DNA of 64,000 nucleotides from Plasmodiophora brassicae (Eukaryota): NCBI GenBank assembly GCA_036867785.1, contig CP145415.1, positions 868,001 to 932,000 of the forward strand, read 5' to 3'. Shown piece by piece: positions 26,136 to 38,205 of this stretch (position 1 is its first letter; each line of letters starts with the position of its first letter). The notes under the pieces were generated by a model. It saw only the letters and a program-made list of their open reading frames with translations, ran no database searches and was not told where the DNA came from. The position numbers and the translations under genes were made by a program.

Positions 26136-27791
26136 CTATGCCACGAGCAGGAAGGCCTGGACGCAAGCGACGACGGCAATGAGGACGGGTAGGAATCCCA
26201 GGGCGGGCACCGAGTTCCGGTTGCCCTTCGGTATCGGGACGGGCGACTGTGGCGCGGCGGTCGACATCCCGTCGATCCACAGGATGCCAGCGACGCCGTT
26301 GTCCGCGTGGGGAGATATGTGGCAGTGCAGGACGACGGCGCCGTTGAAGTTCCCGATGCGGGAGCGCACCTTGATCGCCGGGCCCAGGTACGTGTCCAGC
26401 CAGTCGCCCTTCTTGTAGTTGCCGTCGGACGTGTCCTCCTGCAGCTGGAACGGCGACAGGTGGATGTGCAGTGGGTGGGCGCTGATGTCCATCGTCCATT
26501 CCTCGACCGTGTTGGGCAGCATCAGGTGCAGGGCAGACGACCGGTTAAACCCTTGGAACATCTTGCCGCTCAGCGTCGTGTCCGGGTTGGTCGTCATCAC
26601 GAACGCGAACGTTGTGTTCGCCAGTTGCTCCGGCTGCAGGTCCATGGTGTCCACCAGGTAAGGCTGCCGCATCGGCAAGTTCCATTGCCCGAGCGCCGTC
26701 GGCCCCTTCAGCTTCGATGCCCCGATCTCAATCGCGAACACGGTGGCCCCGGTCGTGTCGATGAACTGGTACGGCCCGCCCGCCGGGCACATGACCGCGA
26801 TATCCGCACGACTCGCTTGCAGCAGCCGTACCGAGGTGGCCGTCCGAGGGGCGTTCAGGTAGACGCCGTCCAGGGCCAGCAACGTCATCTGGCAGCCCGC
26901 CAGTTTCGCCTGCATCGGCTGCTCGATCGCCGAGTACTGCAGGCGCAGGCGGTACCATTGCCCGGCGTTCAGCGTGATCGTCGGCCGATACAACCCGTTG
27001 ACGATGTACAGCCAGTTGACCAGGTTGCCCGACTGTTGCTGCCAGATCTCTTTACCGGCCTGGCCGTCCACTGTGTTCTGCGAGTACGTCTCCATTGCCA
27101 ATGGCCCGAACCCGTAGATGGAGACCAGGATCTCCGGCAGCGTCGACAGGAACCCCAGGGGCGAGTTGTCCTCTTCGTCGTCGACGATCAGCATGCCGAA
27201 CGCGCCGCCGCCCAACTGAATCGAGACGGATCCGTGCGCGTGCGGGTGGTAGAAGAACATGCCGGCGCCATGCGGCCCCAGCTTGTACGTGTACTTGTAC
27301 ATGTACCCGGGCGGGATCTGTCACCTGGTCAGCACGGTTAGGCAAGGGCAGGCCCGGCACCGCCCTACCCGAACGGCGACATTGTCGGCCGGCTGCTCTC
27401 CAGAGACGTGCAGGCCATGCGTGTGCAGGTTCGTTGTGTTCGATTCGAACAGGCCGTTCATCGCGCCCTGGGCCTCTGACGTCTGCTGGTCGCCCAGCAT
27501 GTTGTACAGCGTCAGCTCGACCTTCTTGTTCTGTTTGATGCGAATAACGGGGCCGGGGATGCTCGGCGCCCCGTTCGGGCCGGCGTAGGCTCGCGTCACA
27601 AACGTCGCGCCATAGGTGTGGAACGTGTACGGCTTGAGGTACAGGTTGATCATTCCAGCCGTGCCGTCGATGGTCGTCATGGGGCAGTCGAGCAGTTGCA
27701 TGCCAGGCACGGTCGGGTCACATGGGTCAGCCACAGACGCGCCGATGGCCACGAACGCGACGATGACTGCGAGTGCTGCTGCGTTCGTCAT
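26136..27791 (-). CDS. Secreted multicopper oxidase (laccase-like) with C-terminal hydrophobic tail
   Basis: Four Cu motifs TNLHTHGLH, FYHPHAHG, HPLHIH, HCHISPH; signal peptide MTNAAALAVIVAFVAIGASVA; hydrophobic tail LGFLPVLIAVVACVQAFLLVA. Confidence 0.92.
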
Positions 27792-28037
27792 GGTTGTCAC
27801 GATGGCCTTTCGCCGAATGGCCAGCAGGGTCGGGCCCGCGCGGCACGTGTCTCCCTGTTGACCGCATGGTGTGCACGCGCCGTCTTGACGCCTCACGACA
27901 TACGCCAGCGTGACCTAGTGCTGGGTATACACGCTGACGTGTAGGTTTGGGGCGCGTGTGGCGACCATGGAAGAGGTGAATGTATTAGTGCAATGACGAA
28001 TGATGAATGCGCCCGAGCCTCTGCAGAGCTGTGGATT

Positions 28038-30111
28038 CTAGTATGCTCCAAGGAGCCCACCACCCATGGCGACCAAGGCCAGCGTCGCCAAGAGGACGAT
28101 GTCGAAGCTGGTGGCCAAGTTGCCGCTGCCCGTAGATGTTCCGGCGCCTCCGTTGCCTCCGTTGCTCCCGGGTTTGTTAGTAGGAACGACGACAGGCGTC
28201 TTGGAAACGGGGCCGACGTACGACCACGACACGAGCTGGGCCTGGTCGTAATTGACGGCGTACATGGTCTGGGAAACGCATCCGCAACGTCAGACGACAC
28301 TGGCGTTCCCTACGAAGCGACGACGTCGTGTTCCATACTGCTTTGCCGCCGTTCGGTGGCGTCAGGATCTGAATATCGCACCACTTGTTCAACGGGTAGA
28401 TGCCCGTTGGCTGCGTGGCCACCAGCGGGTTGTACGAAATCAGTTTCATGTTCTTCGCGATGCCATCCGGCAACCTTAATTGGCACAGCGACCGTTAGTC
28501 GTCACAGCCGTCGCAACGCGGCGATTGTCAGATGTACCCAGTCTTCGGATCGTTGGCGAACGAAAACAGGCACTGCGCCGACGAATCGCCCCAGATCAAC
28601 CGGTTCTCCCAGTCGGTGCCCCAGTCGGTGTTGTTCACGAACACGACTTCGTCGGCCGACACGGATCCGGTCTTGCAGTTGGCGTTGGCGCCGGCGACAT
28701 CAGGAAACATCTACAATCAGCCGTTCAGGATGGGCAACAGCCCGAGCGACGATCGCATCCGTACGATTTGACGGGAGTAGGTGAAGAACGGTTTCACTGC
28801 CTCCGTCTTCACGTTCGCGCAACCCTGGTCCGCCCCGTACGTCGGCTGGGGCGCATTGCCTTCGAAGCACGGCCAGCCGAAGTTGACCACCTTTCCTTTG
28901 TTCGACAGCGGGTCCGGCAGAACGTTGATCTCCTCCCAGAAGTCAGATCCGACTTCGGCAATGTACAGGTCGTACGTGATCGGGTGAACAGTAAAGCGGA
29001 ACGGGTTTCGGAGACCTTGGCATCCCTGAGTTAGCAAACCTGGTTGGCCCTCGCGTCCAAACAGCAGCACACCTTTAGCAACCGTAGTCAGTCCATTGCC
29101 GATCGTCAGCAAGTTGTTGCCCGTCAGATCCTTGTACGCGATGTAGAACATCTATCATTGCAAGTGTCAAGCTGGGTGCAACCGCCAAACGTATGCGTTC
29201 CCATGTACCTTGCCGGCTGGAATGTCGTCCCACTGAGCGTCCCAGTTGCCTTGGAAGCGCGCGTCATTCTTACGGTAGCATGGCGCGTTCGGAACGCCAC
29301 GGTCCTGACACGAACCATTGGTATGAGCGCGCCGCTGCCACGTAAACGGGTGCCTGCAGGACCGACCGGGACGGTGTACGATGCGGCAATGCCCATTGAG
29401 AAATACAGGCCACCGTCGGGAGCCCAGACCAGATCCCCAACGTGGTGCGACCAGCCGGCACTGCACCAGTCGGAGGCCAGGATGGCATCCGTCACGCCCA
29501 TGCCAGTCGCCGGGTTCACCTTGATGCGCACCAGGCGGGCCTGACTGTCACACTTGCCGACCGTCACGTCATCATCGCCCAGGGGGCACGTCTTGGGGTC
29601 GTCTAGGACAGGAGTCTGGTCTGCGATGGTTCCCTGGCGGTTGACCGAGACGATTGCCCAGAGGTACGGGTTCTTCGGGTAGGCGGGGTCGACCGCTAAC
29701 GACAGAAACCCACGATCTGAACAGCGGCGGCGTCATTACACACTACCAGGCGCCCACAGACGGGTGAACAGACCTCCGAAGCTGACCGTGTTGTCAGCAC
29801 CGTTGTCCCAAACGACAACGCCCTGGTTGACCGCGTTCGCCGTCAGACTCGGGTACTTGACCAGCTTGCCGAGCTTGTCAGAGACAAAGACCTACACGAG
29901 GCCGATCGCGTCAGCAGACGAAGCGTGCGGCATGCGACCGTGACGAAGTTACCTCTCCATTCGGCGCAACGACCATTTTCGTTGGGCTGCCTGCGCCGAC
30001 ACCCTTCCAGACGACCTGCTCGGTGAAGAGAGTCTTATCGAAGGAATCGCCGTATATCGACACGACGAGCAAGGCCGCGGCGATCGCCATCTGCATCACC
30101 ATCTTCAACAT
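28038..30111 (-). CDS. Secreted glucose/sorbosone dehydrogenase-like (PQQ-type beta-propeller) protein with C-terminal hydrophobic tail
   Basis: Signal peptide; DRGFLSLAVDP, HHVGDLVWAPDGGLYFSMG, GLRNPFR, YIAEVG, WEEIN, NFGWPCFEG; Gly/Ser/Thr linker then IVLLATLALVAMGGGLLG. Confidence 0.82.
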
Positions 30112-30430
30112 GGCGCTCTTGCAAGCAAATGATCTTTGATGGGCTCGCGTGCCTTTGTCGAGCAGTGCACGTGCGCCAGCTGAGACGACAGCAATACCAC
30201 GCGACGGCACGCGCGCCCTCTTGGGGAAGATATCGGAATACACTATAGCGCTCGCTCGAGTAGTGCTCCACCTTCGAGAACCTCTGTTTCCTGGGGACCA
30301 CGGAGCCATCATGCGATCTGACCAGTTGCTCCTCCGGGACAGGCCAACCCTAACGCAAATGGCAAACATCGTCGTCCCGGGTGCAACAACGGGGCGTTCA
30401 CCCGGATGCGGTCCATGTGACACGTGATTG

Positions 30431-31323
30431 TTATTGGGCGACACTGTGGAATGTCGGATCCGGATCGGCGTTGACGTCAGCGTGTTGTTCGTGCCGCGCG
30501 AAACCGCCGCTCCTCAGCGTGTCCGCCAGACTCAGCATGGATGCCGGGACGCTGTCGATCGGCGACGGTTTGCGTTTCAGGGTGCGATAGTGTGCGTCGA
30601 TCAGCCGCTTCAGGGCGCGTTTCGTGTCACTGGCGGACAGGCCCGCGATGGTCATCATCTGGCCCCATATACGCGTGTGCAGGGATGGTCGTCCGGCGCT
30701 GGACGATGACGCGCGAAGGTCTGTGCTTTGCTCAGCCAACGGGGCGCATCCGCACCCAGCCGTACACACTGACAAGGAAGAAGGTTCTCGTCCAAGATGA
30801 CCGTTGGCGTGACGTCGTCCACTACGGCGACGTTCAACGCAACGAACGCCTTGATCTCATCGTACACGTTGTTGACGGATCCCTGTCGACCTGACCGTTA
30901 GCATACACGCCGGGGCACCCGATGCACACAGACACGTTACGTGTCGAGAGGGAATCGACTTCAGCACATCCTTCAGGGTTTCAAACGCCGTCCTCGGCGC
31001 GCCGGCAGGACGATCGCTTCTGGCGTCGTGTCGTTCAGGCGACGGCGGTCTCTACGTCATCAGGTCAGGGTAGGTCCACAGCACGCTCTCGGCGATGGGG
31101 GTCGTACCGAGCCGGTCAGGAGCGCGGGCGACGACAGCAGCGCTGGCTTCGACCTCTCCGCCTGCAGGCCGAACAGCTCGGCCAGTTTCAGGTCGATGGC
31201 CTCGACCGACATCTCCAGCGTGTCCACCGTCGCCCGGATCGTCTGGATCGCATCGAGCACCGACCGGTCGAACGACGGCGCCGGCGCGCCGCTGTCCCGG
31301 GCATCGCTGCCGCCCGGATCCAT
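30431..31323 (-). CDS. Uncharacterised multi-exon protein with N-terminal coiled coil
   Basis: Co-oriented ORF pieces (31323 start, 30655-30867, 30431-30775) separated by GT-AG intron-like gaps; heptad segment VLDAIQTIRATVDTLEMSVEAIDLKL. Confidence 0.5.
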
Positions 31324-31639
31324 TCGACTGGCGCCCGCGGCCCACGAAGTCCGCTTTCATCAGATTAGAGCGGCCGTCCCGCCGACGATGGGTCGGCGGC
31401 ACACACCGGGCGGGACATCGTCGTTCGGGATGCTGCTACTGCACGTGGGAGCCGTCTACCAATGCGACGATCGTATCGAAGGCCGACTCCTGTGCGACAA
31501 TTGCCCAGACGTGGAACCACACGGCCACCAGCTACTGGGCATCTCCTACATAGGCTGGAACGAACAGCGAACCCGATCGGGAGGTGCTGGATGCGACTTG
31601 GATGCCGGCAACCGTCAGTTTTCAGGCGCCGTCACGTAA

Positions 31640-32425
31640 TCAAGATGCGCGTTTCCATTGAAATCGGACAGTTGCTTTCGGCTGACCAGCAGCGAGGAAC
31701 GTGGTCTCGCGGGCGACCGCGCTGCCGTTGCTGTGGACGACGACGACGGTGGACGTCCTGGTGCCGTAACGGGACCCGGCGATGAAGACGGGAGCGAGGA
31801 ACCGTTCCGTGTCCAGCCCGACGCCCGTGTCCGGCAGCTGGTCGTCGTCAGGCACGGTTTTGTCCAGGAGGATCGATTCTAGAGCGTCCAGGTCGTCGTT
31901 GTGGGCCTCGGTCGATCGGTGCAACGTCGCGGCCAGGCCCGCCTTGACTTTGACGACCTTCGGCCAGGACGCATCGTCGCCGAAGCTGGCATTGCATACC
32001 GCGTGTATTCCTGGGCCCAGGCGATGCGATCGACCTGTCGTCGACGACCAGACGATGGTCTCACCAGCGTCGCTGACGAGAACGTTGACGCCATCGTAAT
32101 CAGCCGGAGACAATGACGCGACGAATTCGGACGGCGAACGCGACCCGCGCAGGAAATCGGCGACGATCAGCCCTCGGGATCGTTTGCTGGGCGAGCGCAC
32201 CGCTGGCCCATGCCGGACATTGGTGACGGCCGCGAACCGCAACGGGTCCGCCGCCGCGAACGCCAGCCACGACCCACCGCGTTCCAGATCGCGCCCGCCG
32301 ACCACGCCGCCCTCGTCCCAGACGGACCACGGCGCCGTCGGCCTCGCGAACGCCTCGTCCCTGTTCGACAGCAACACGAGCCGGACGCCGGGGGCGCAGT
32401 CGATCGCCACCCCGACGATGCACAT
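31640..32425 (-). CDS. TANGO2: TANGO2/NRDE family protein, intronless
   Basis: MCI...SNRDE..RPT, GGRDLERGGSWL, SRGLIVADFL, YGTRTSTVV. Confidence 0.93.
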   Translation of the reverse strand: MCIVGVAIDCAPGVRLVLLSNRDEAFARPTAPWSVWDEGGVVGGRDLERGGSWLAFAAADPLRFAAVTNVRHGPAVRSPSKRSRGLIVADFLRGSRSPSEFVASLSPADYDGVNVLVSDAGETIVWSSTTGRSHRLGPGIHAVCNASFGDDASWPKVVKVKAGLAATLHRSTEAHNDDLDALESILLDKTVPDDDQLPDTGVGLDTERFLAPVFIAGSRYGTRTSTVVVVHSNGSAVARETTFLAAGQPKATVRFQWKRAS

Positions 32426-32514
32426 CGGCGCAAGTGCCGCCCGCGCACTATCTATTTATAGTGTCACAACGCAACTGCAGGCGGCTGCAGCTGCGGTCGG
32501 TCGCGCTGCAGGCC
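32426..32514. promoter_or_regulatory. Putative bidirectional promoter between TANGO2 and the Drosha-like gene
   Basis: 89-bp head-to-head gap with a TATTTATA element at 32453-32460 in a GC-rich context. Confidence 0.45.
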
Positions 32515-34979
32515 ATGTCGTCGGCGTATCACTGCCGGCTGATTGCGTCGCGGAATGCAGCGCCGATTGCGCCTACGACGGTCTGCGTCGACGACTGCGC
32601 GTACACGTTCGACGGCGTGGCGGTCTGTGTCCCGGCGCGCGCTCCTCTGCCGGAGCGCGTCCGGATCCGGTTCGCCTCCGTCGATCAGGTCGCCGTTTTC
32701 ACCAGATCGCCCGCGTTTGACGCCTGGGATATGGTCCATTGCACCAAGGTCCAGCAGATAACCGATTGGATGTATTCCAAGTTGCTGGGCATGGGTCTGG
32801 ACGACGTCGCCCCCATGTGCCGGATTGTCCCATCCATGAAGACCGGCCGCGATTTCGCACTGTTCCCGTTGTTCGTGAACGGCCATCGGTATTTGTCGCC
32901 AGAACAGGTTGAACGAGCTCTACGTTTCGATCAGAGGCCACCCACCCTACTCGCTCGTCTCTCTGCCCTGCTGAACGTACTGCCATCTGCGTTAATCCGC
33001 TCGTGCCGAGGTTCTGAAACGATCCCTGTGTAGATAATGGCGTTTGAAGAGGCGTCGTTAATGCTGGCGGGCACCATTGTGCACTGCACGCAGACCTCGA
33101 ACTTCTACCGTGTTGATGCGATCTGCTCTGACCTGACCGTTGCGAACCTGACCTTCCTGAAAAACGTCGCGAATACGCGGCAGGTGGTCGCCAAACATTG
33201 CCATACGTCGTCTGGGGAAGACGTTCTCCAAGCACCTCGATTTCTCGTGCCTGAGCTGTGCCACGATATGCGCGTCAAAGCTGACGTGATGAACTACGCG
33301 TTCGCATTCCTGCATTTAGGTAACGACGTGAATCGTTATTCTGGTGTCGGTTATGTATTCACACCTTCATTCCAGTTCCCCATTTAAGGCATCTCTGTCG
33401 TGTCGAGGCGTTGCTGCACACGCTGAAAATCGGCTCGTCCTACACCGAGTCGTTTCGGCGGGCGCTGATTCACAGGTCCGTCAAGCTGTCTTCGTGTTAC
33501 GTTCGGCTTCACAACTACAGTGAGCGTATGTCCCCGTGCGTGCCAGATGAGTTCGATTGCTGATCATGTACCACAGTCCGGCAGCGTTGCGATTTTGTGT
33601 GGGACACCAGTGGCCCTGTCTCATTCGAATGGTCACGATTCGTTGACGAGCCCGTGTCCACTGAAGACCCGAACAGCAACCCGCAGGGCCTGGAATTCTA
33701 CCGTCAGTCGTTTCTGGGCAGCGCTGTTCTTGGGTTCGTCCGCCTGGCGCTTGTCGTCTTGAAGGGTTCTTATTTGTGGTCCAGGCTCGTGGTCAACTCT
33801 CATTTGTTCGCGCTGTTCTCCCACGATGACGAAGGCGAACTGTCCATCAAACGTTCTCGTCTGCTAACTTTCAAGCAGTTCATCCGGTGGGCGAAGGACC
33901 TGGACCTCAATCGTGCTATTCTATCTTCCTCACCAGGTCTGAATTGCAGCGTGCTCCTGCATATGGTGCTAACGCGGCACATAGGCTTTCTGGATATCCT
34001 TCCCGACTCGGTCGCCGCAAGTGCCGTTACAACCGTGTTCGGCTGCGTGTTCTCATGCATTGGACTGGCCGAATGTCGAAGGATGCTGTCGATGCTGCTG
34101 TTCAGCGGCTCTGAGCTGGAGCAGAATGCCTGGAATGCCGCGCGTATCGACGAACGTACAGTAACTGCTGACCTTCAGCCCCTGTCTCCTAGTCGGCGGT
34201 AACATGCTCACCTGACTGCAATTTGTGAGGGAGTACTGATCGTCGCAACACAGACAACAGCTTGCTGAGCTAAAGGAGAAACTGTCGATCGAGTTCTTGC
34301 AAGATCATCTTCTCGATCAGGCTCTGGGCGGTTGGCACCAACAACGTCTCGAGCTTCTAGGCGATTCCGTTCTGCAGTTAATCGTATCTCAGCTGCTGAT
34401 TGACGGGTTCCCTGAGCTGGAAGAGCGCACCTTGACGCTGGTCCGGTCAGGACTCGTCAAGAACGAACATCTCCACAGAATAGCACTCGATCATGGCCTG
34501 CTCGAGTACCTTGTGCGTAAGGCGAACTCGGACCAGATTAAGCTGTGAGCGTTGTGCGTTGTTACCTGGAAGTTGGTGTCGCTAACGTTGCTGTCAGTAT
34601 TGCAGACGCCGTTGAAGCCATCATTGGAGCGGTATATCTGGGATCCAACCTTGCACGTTGTCGGAGCTTCATCTGCCAGCATATCTTCAAGGACATCGAT
34701 GACATACTGGATCAGGATGACATTGACTTGTTGTGCCCGAAAAACCAGCTTCAGCAGCACTTCCAAGCCCTGACTCGTGAAAGCAACGCCGCTCCCGTGT
34801 ACGATGTCGTGGAGAGAACCGGCCCAGATCATGACGTATCGTTCAAGGTGCACGTTCTCTTCAAGAACGAACTTATTGGGGAGGGTTCTGGATCGTCGAA
34901 GCGCCAAGCTGAGAAGCGAGCGGCCATGTCTGCTCTGAATCGGATACGGGCACATGTACCAGTAAATACCACATCGTGA
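32515..34979 (+). CDS. Drosha-like class II RNase III (degenerate RIIIa, intact RIIIb, C-terminal dsRBD), multi-exon
   Basis: Spliced RVKADVMNYAFAFLHLVPHLRHL...RALIHRS...NYIRQ; RIIIa YRQSFLGSAVLG...HLFALF..EGEL; RIIIb QQRLELLGDSVLQL...TLTLVRSGLVKN...IADAVEAIIGAVY; dsRBD PKNQLQQ...GPDHDVSFKVHV...GEGSGSSKRQAEKRAA. Confidence 0.88.
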
Positions 34980-35059
34980 TGCTTGAGTCAGCTTGACCGA
35001 AATGTTGTCTGGATGGCAAAACAAGGGTAGCCATGTATAATATAGACAGTCTTTATATC

Positions 35060-37874
35060 TCATCGAATCGAGTTTTTCTCCTTTAGAGCAGCAACCCAGT
35101 TTGCCGACTTTCCAATGCGGGTAAGGTCGGCGATCTGCAAAGTGGGAATGCTTAGCTAGGCTGCAGAAGACACTGGCAACACCCTGTACCGATTCGAAAG
35201 GACCCGACGTACTTCTGCACTGAATGATCTTGCTGGCAATCTGCTTGCCGATAGTGGCGTATTTGCAGAGCTCTTTGAGGTCCGCATTGTTCAGAGCCTG
35301 AAGAAACGTCGCCGAATCGATAGAGGACCGGGAAACGCTGGCTAACGACAATATGGATGTTGGCTTGTTGCTGGTCTGAACCGGTGCCATATTTTCTTCA
35401 TCGACCTCACCGTCGTCGTAACCTTTTGAGAAGCATGGGTCTGCTCTGCGATTGGTTTCGCGTACAACATTCCCAGGCAATGGATTCTTTGCAGGACTGA
35501 GCAAAGCGGTATTGATCTCCTCATCCACCAGGCGCTGGAAAGCACGGGTAAACCTGGTGAACCTTATGGGAGCCAAAGGGACCAACCATACCTGCCTGCG
35601 TTCCTCACCCTCGCATCGCGCCTCAACGTCGGCAATTTTGTCGTCGATAAGGCCCATAATCGGGCTATCACTCGGAAGAAGTTCCCTAGCCTGCTTGAAT
35701 AATACAAGTGCATCAAACGGGTTCCCGCCCTTCAGGAGTGCTTTCGCCTCCGTAATAAAGTACTTGGCAAGTTCCTTCTTCCCGTTATTGGCGATGGCCT
35801 CGGCGGCCGATTCCTGTCTGGATACATGCGTCGCCGTCGATTCTTGTCTTTGCACGCTAGTCGATCCCGATTGTTGTCTCGAAGAACGAGGCGCCACAGA
35901 TTCTGGCTTCGAAACGCCAACCTACAATCCGCCATAAGATCCCATGCATCACGACATGAACCACGCTGGTTACGCGAGGTTTCTTTGTAACGGATGTCTC
36001 ATCATACGTTTCTTTTGACTTTCGTTTCGTCGCAGCGCTATCTGTTTGAACGAAGATTCAGTGGAGACACAACGTTCAGAGACGGGTCGTGACCTGTTGC
36101 AACTGGAGACTCGCTACGAGTCGACTGCTCATAACCGATACGTCTCTGCGATACTACATTCTCTTGGGCGGCAAAGTCGCCTGGAATGACTGCACAGTAC
36201 AAACTTGATTCAGGCCATTGTGGGAGCAGCCTTCTGGAGACTGTTGTACCAATATGCGCAACGACTTGGTTCTCAATGCATCTGGAATTTGTTGCAAAGT
36301 TAAGTGTTGCATTTGTAGAGAAGAAATCGGCGTAGCCAGGAGGGATGGCACAGATCAAGGTACTGTAGGCGGTTCCACCGAGGCTGTCTTGGAGCACTGG
36401 AAGACGGTGTAGAAATTAAACAACGGGCAAACCGCAACGATAGCATCGCCTACATCGAGTTATCTTAGAATCGCGGAACGGAATGCGATTCTGTGCACAG
36501 ATGGTCAGCAGATCGACGCGGAGAAATACAATATCTTACCTGCTTTGAATTCAACGCGCGGATCACATTGCCAAGGACAAATAAGGACTTGTTGATCGCG
36601 CTACTTTCTGACAATCGCTCGCCTGAAAAGCAAGCATGAGCGTTTTCACATTCGATGCGACCTAATGGCAATGTAACCCTTGTTTCCAGTGAGGCGATTG
36701 TCTTCACTGCCAGCAAGGTCGATCAGTTGGATCTTGCTGTTCACTGTTCGGCCAGAATGAGCTCCGTGCTCTTGATAAGAAATCTGAGTAAGAGTGTCAC
36801 TCTCACGGGATACGTTAGACGCCCGAAAGCGATCCTGACTTGAAGCATGACAACTGCATGACTTCTTGACGACGATGCATTCAATTTTGTACTCTCCGTT
36901 GTCCGATTCGAGAGTCCTCTCAAGTACGCCTTTTCAAAATCATCGACGCCGCCAATAGTCACCTGTACATCCCGTTCAAATTGAGAACGCAAGTGGCTTG
37001 CCGTTCCGAATATACCTTCGACAGATTCGAAACCACGATCTTCTTATCGGCCGTCTCACGCAGTGGAAGATCCTTTCTCGTCGGATCGCAAAGATCATTC
37101 GCCTAGCGCAGACGTCATGTTCCATATAATGAGAACCCATCGCAGTCCCAACCTTTTCTTTACAAATCTCAAGAAACTGGAAGGTAACCTCGACGTTGAC
37201 CCCAGGCTGCTGTGCTTCCAGATTAGACTTCAAACGAAGCGTGTGCGCAACGACCCGAGGAATGATCCCTGCAAACACTGACCATGAGAACAGGTGACAC
37301 AGCAAACCCTGCCGATCTGCGGACCTTCGTTCCCAGGTTTTCCCATCATAGTAAAGGTCTATTGGTAGGCACGTGAATCCAAAGCATGCGGTGAATACGG
37401 AAATGGTACCTTTCCGCCACCAGTTACTACATGCACAGCGTAGTTAGTTGGAGGCGAGCATTGGACGCGATTGTAGTAGACTGACTTCCATATGCAAGGA
37501 TGGTTGCGTTGAATCCTTCGAATGCCTTATCAACGGAATGGCGGACTTCGTTTTCGAAAATTTCTTCTTGTGTAGAAGTGATATCGTAGACGCCATCAAA
37601 CCTTGCAGAGATTCCCATCAACCTCCAGGTCTCAAGTCACACAGCGGATTACGTACTTATACAGATACTGATTCTCGGAAACCTTCCCGAAGGAATTCTC
37701 GTTGCGCTCCTTCAACAGCAACGTGCGCGCTGCGGAATCCACATCGACGCATCGCCCATCCGTCTCTGACCGCGGCGGGCGAACACGTACAACGACCCGT
37801 ACACCGCCACCACCGTCCTTCCCAATATAAACGTCTCCAGCACGCCCGCGTCGAACCCGCTGTGCGGTCGCCAT
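35060..37874 (-). CDS. KIF22: Kinesin-10 (KIF22/Kid-like chromokinesin) with C-terminal helix-hairpin-helix
   Basis: VRVVVRVRP, spliced P-loop AYGITGGGKTFTM, LNASSSRSHA, IDLAGSEDNRLTGNKG, C-terminal LNNADLKELCKYATIGKQIASKII...GPF HhH. Confidence 0.85.
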
Positions 37875-38205
37875 CCGGTACACAAACGCAGCCGCGGCAC
37901 GAGACTCGAATGCAGGAGGAGGCACCCCCGTACAGCTACTGCGATCGCCGCCGGGCTGCGAGTCTTTGTCCAAAAAGGTCCGGCGAACCTGCATGTTTTG
38001 GGCGAGGATCGAGGAGTCTCTCCAGAGTAGGTAGCCGCGTTGCAGTACAAACGCGTTCGGTAGAGGTGGGACGAAGTGACCGCCGTAAGTGTACGGACGA
38101 ACTGGCGATGTGCAATAGGTAGAATATCTCCCGTTTCCATGATATGTAAACTGAATCTGCCGGTGTATGCGATCGCGGCGGGTACCTGGTCGGTTAGGCT
38201 AAGGG

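Noticed and set aside
31430-31639. Short plus-strand Cys/His-containing ORF
   Set aside because: No recognisable motif or splice support; lies between two minus-strand genes
34491-35059. Apparent extension of the kinesin ORF overlapping the RNase III gene
   Set aside because: Read-through of an intron; the spliced kinesin ends at 35060
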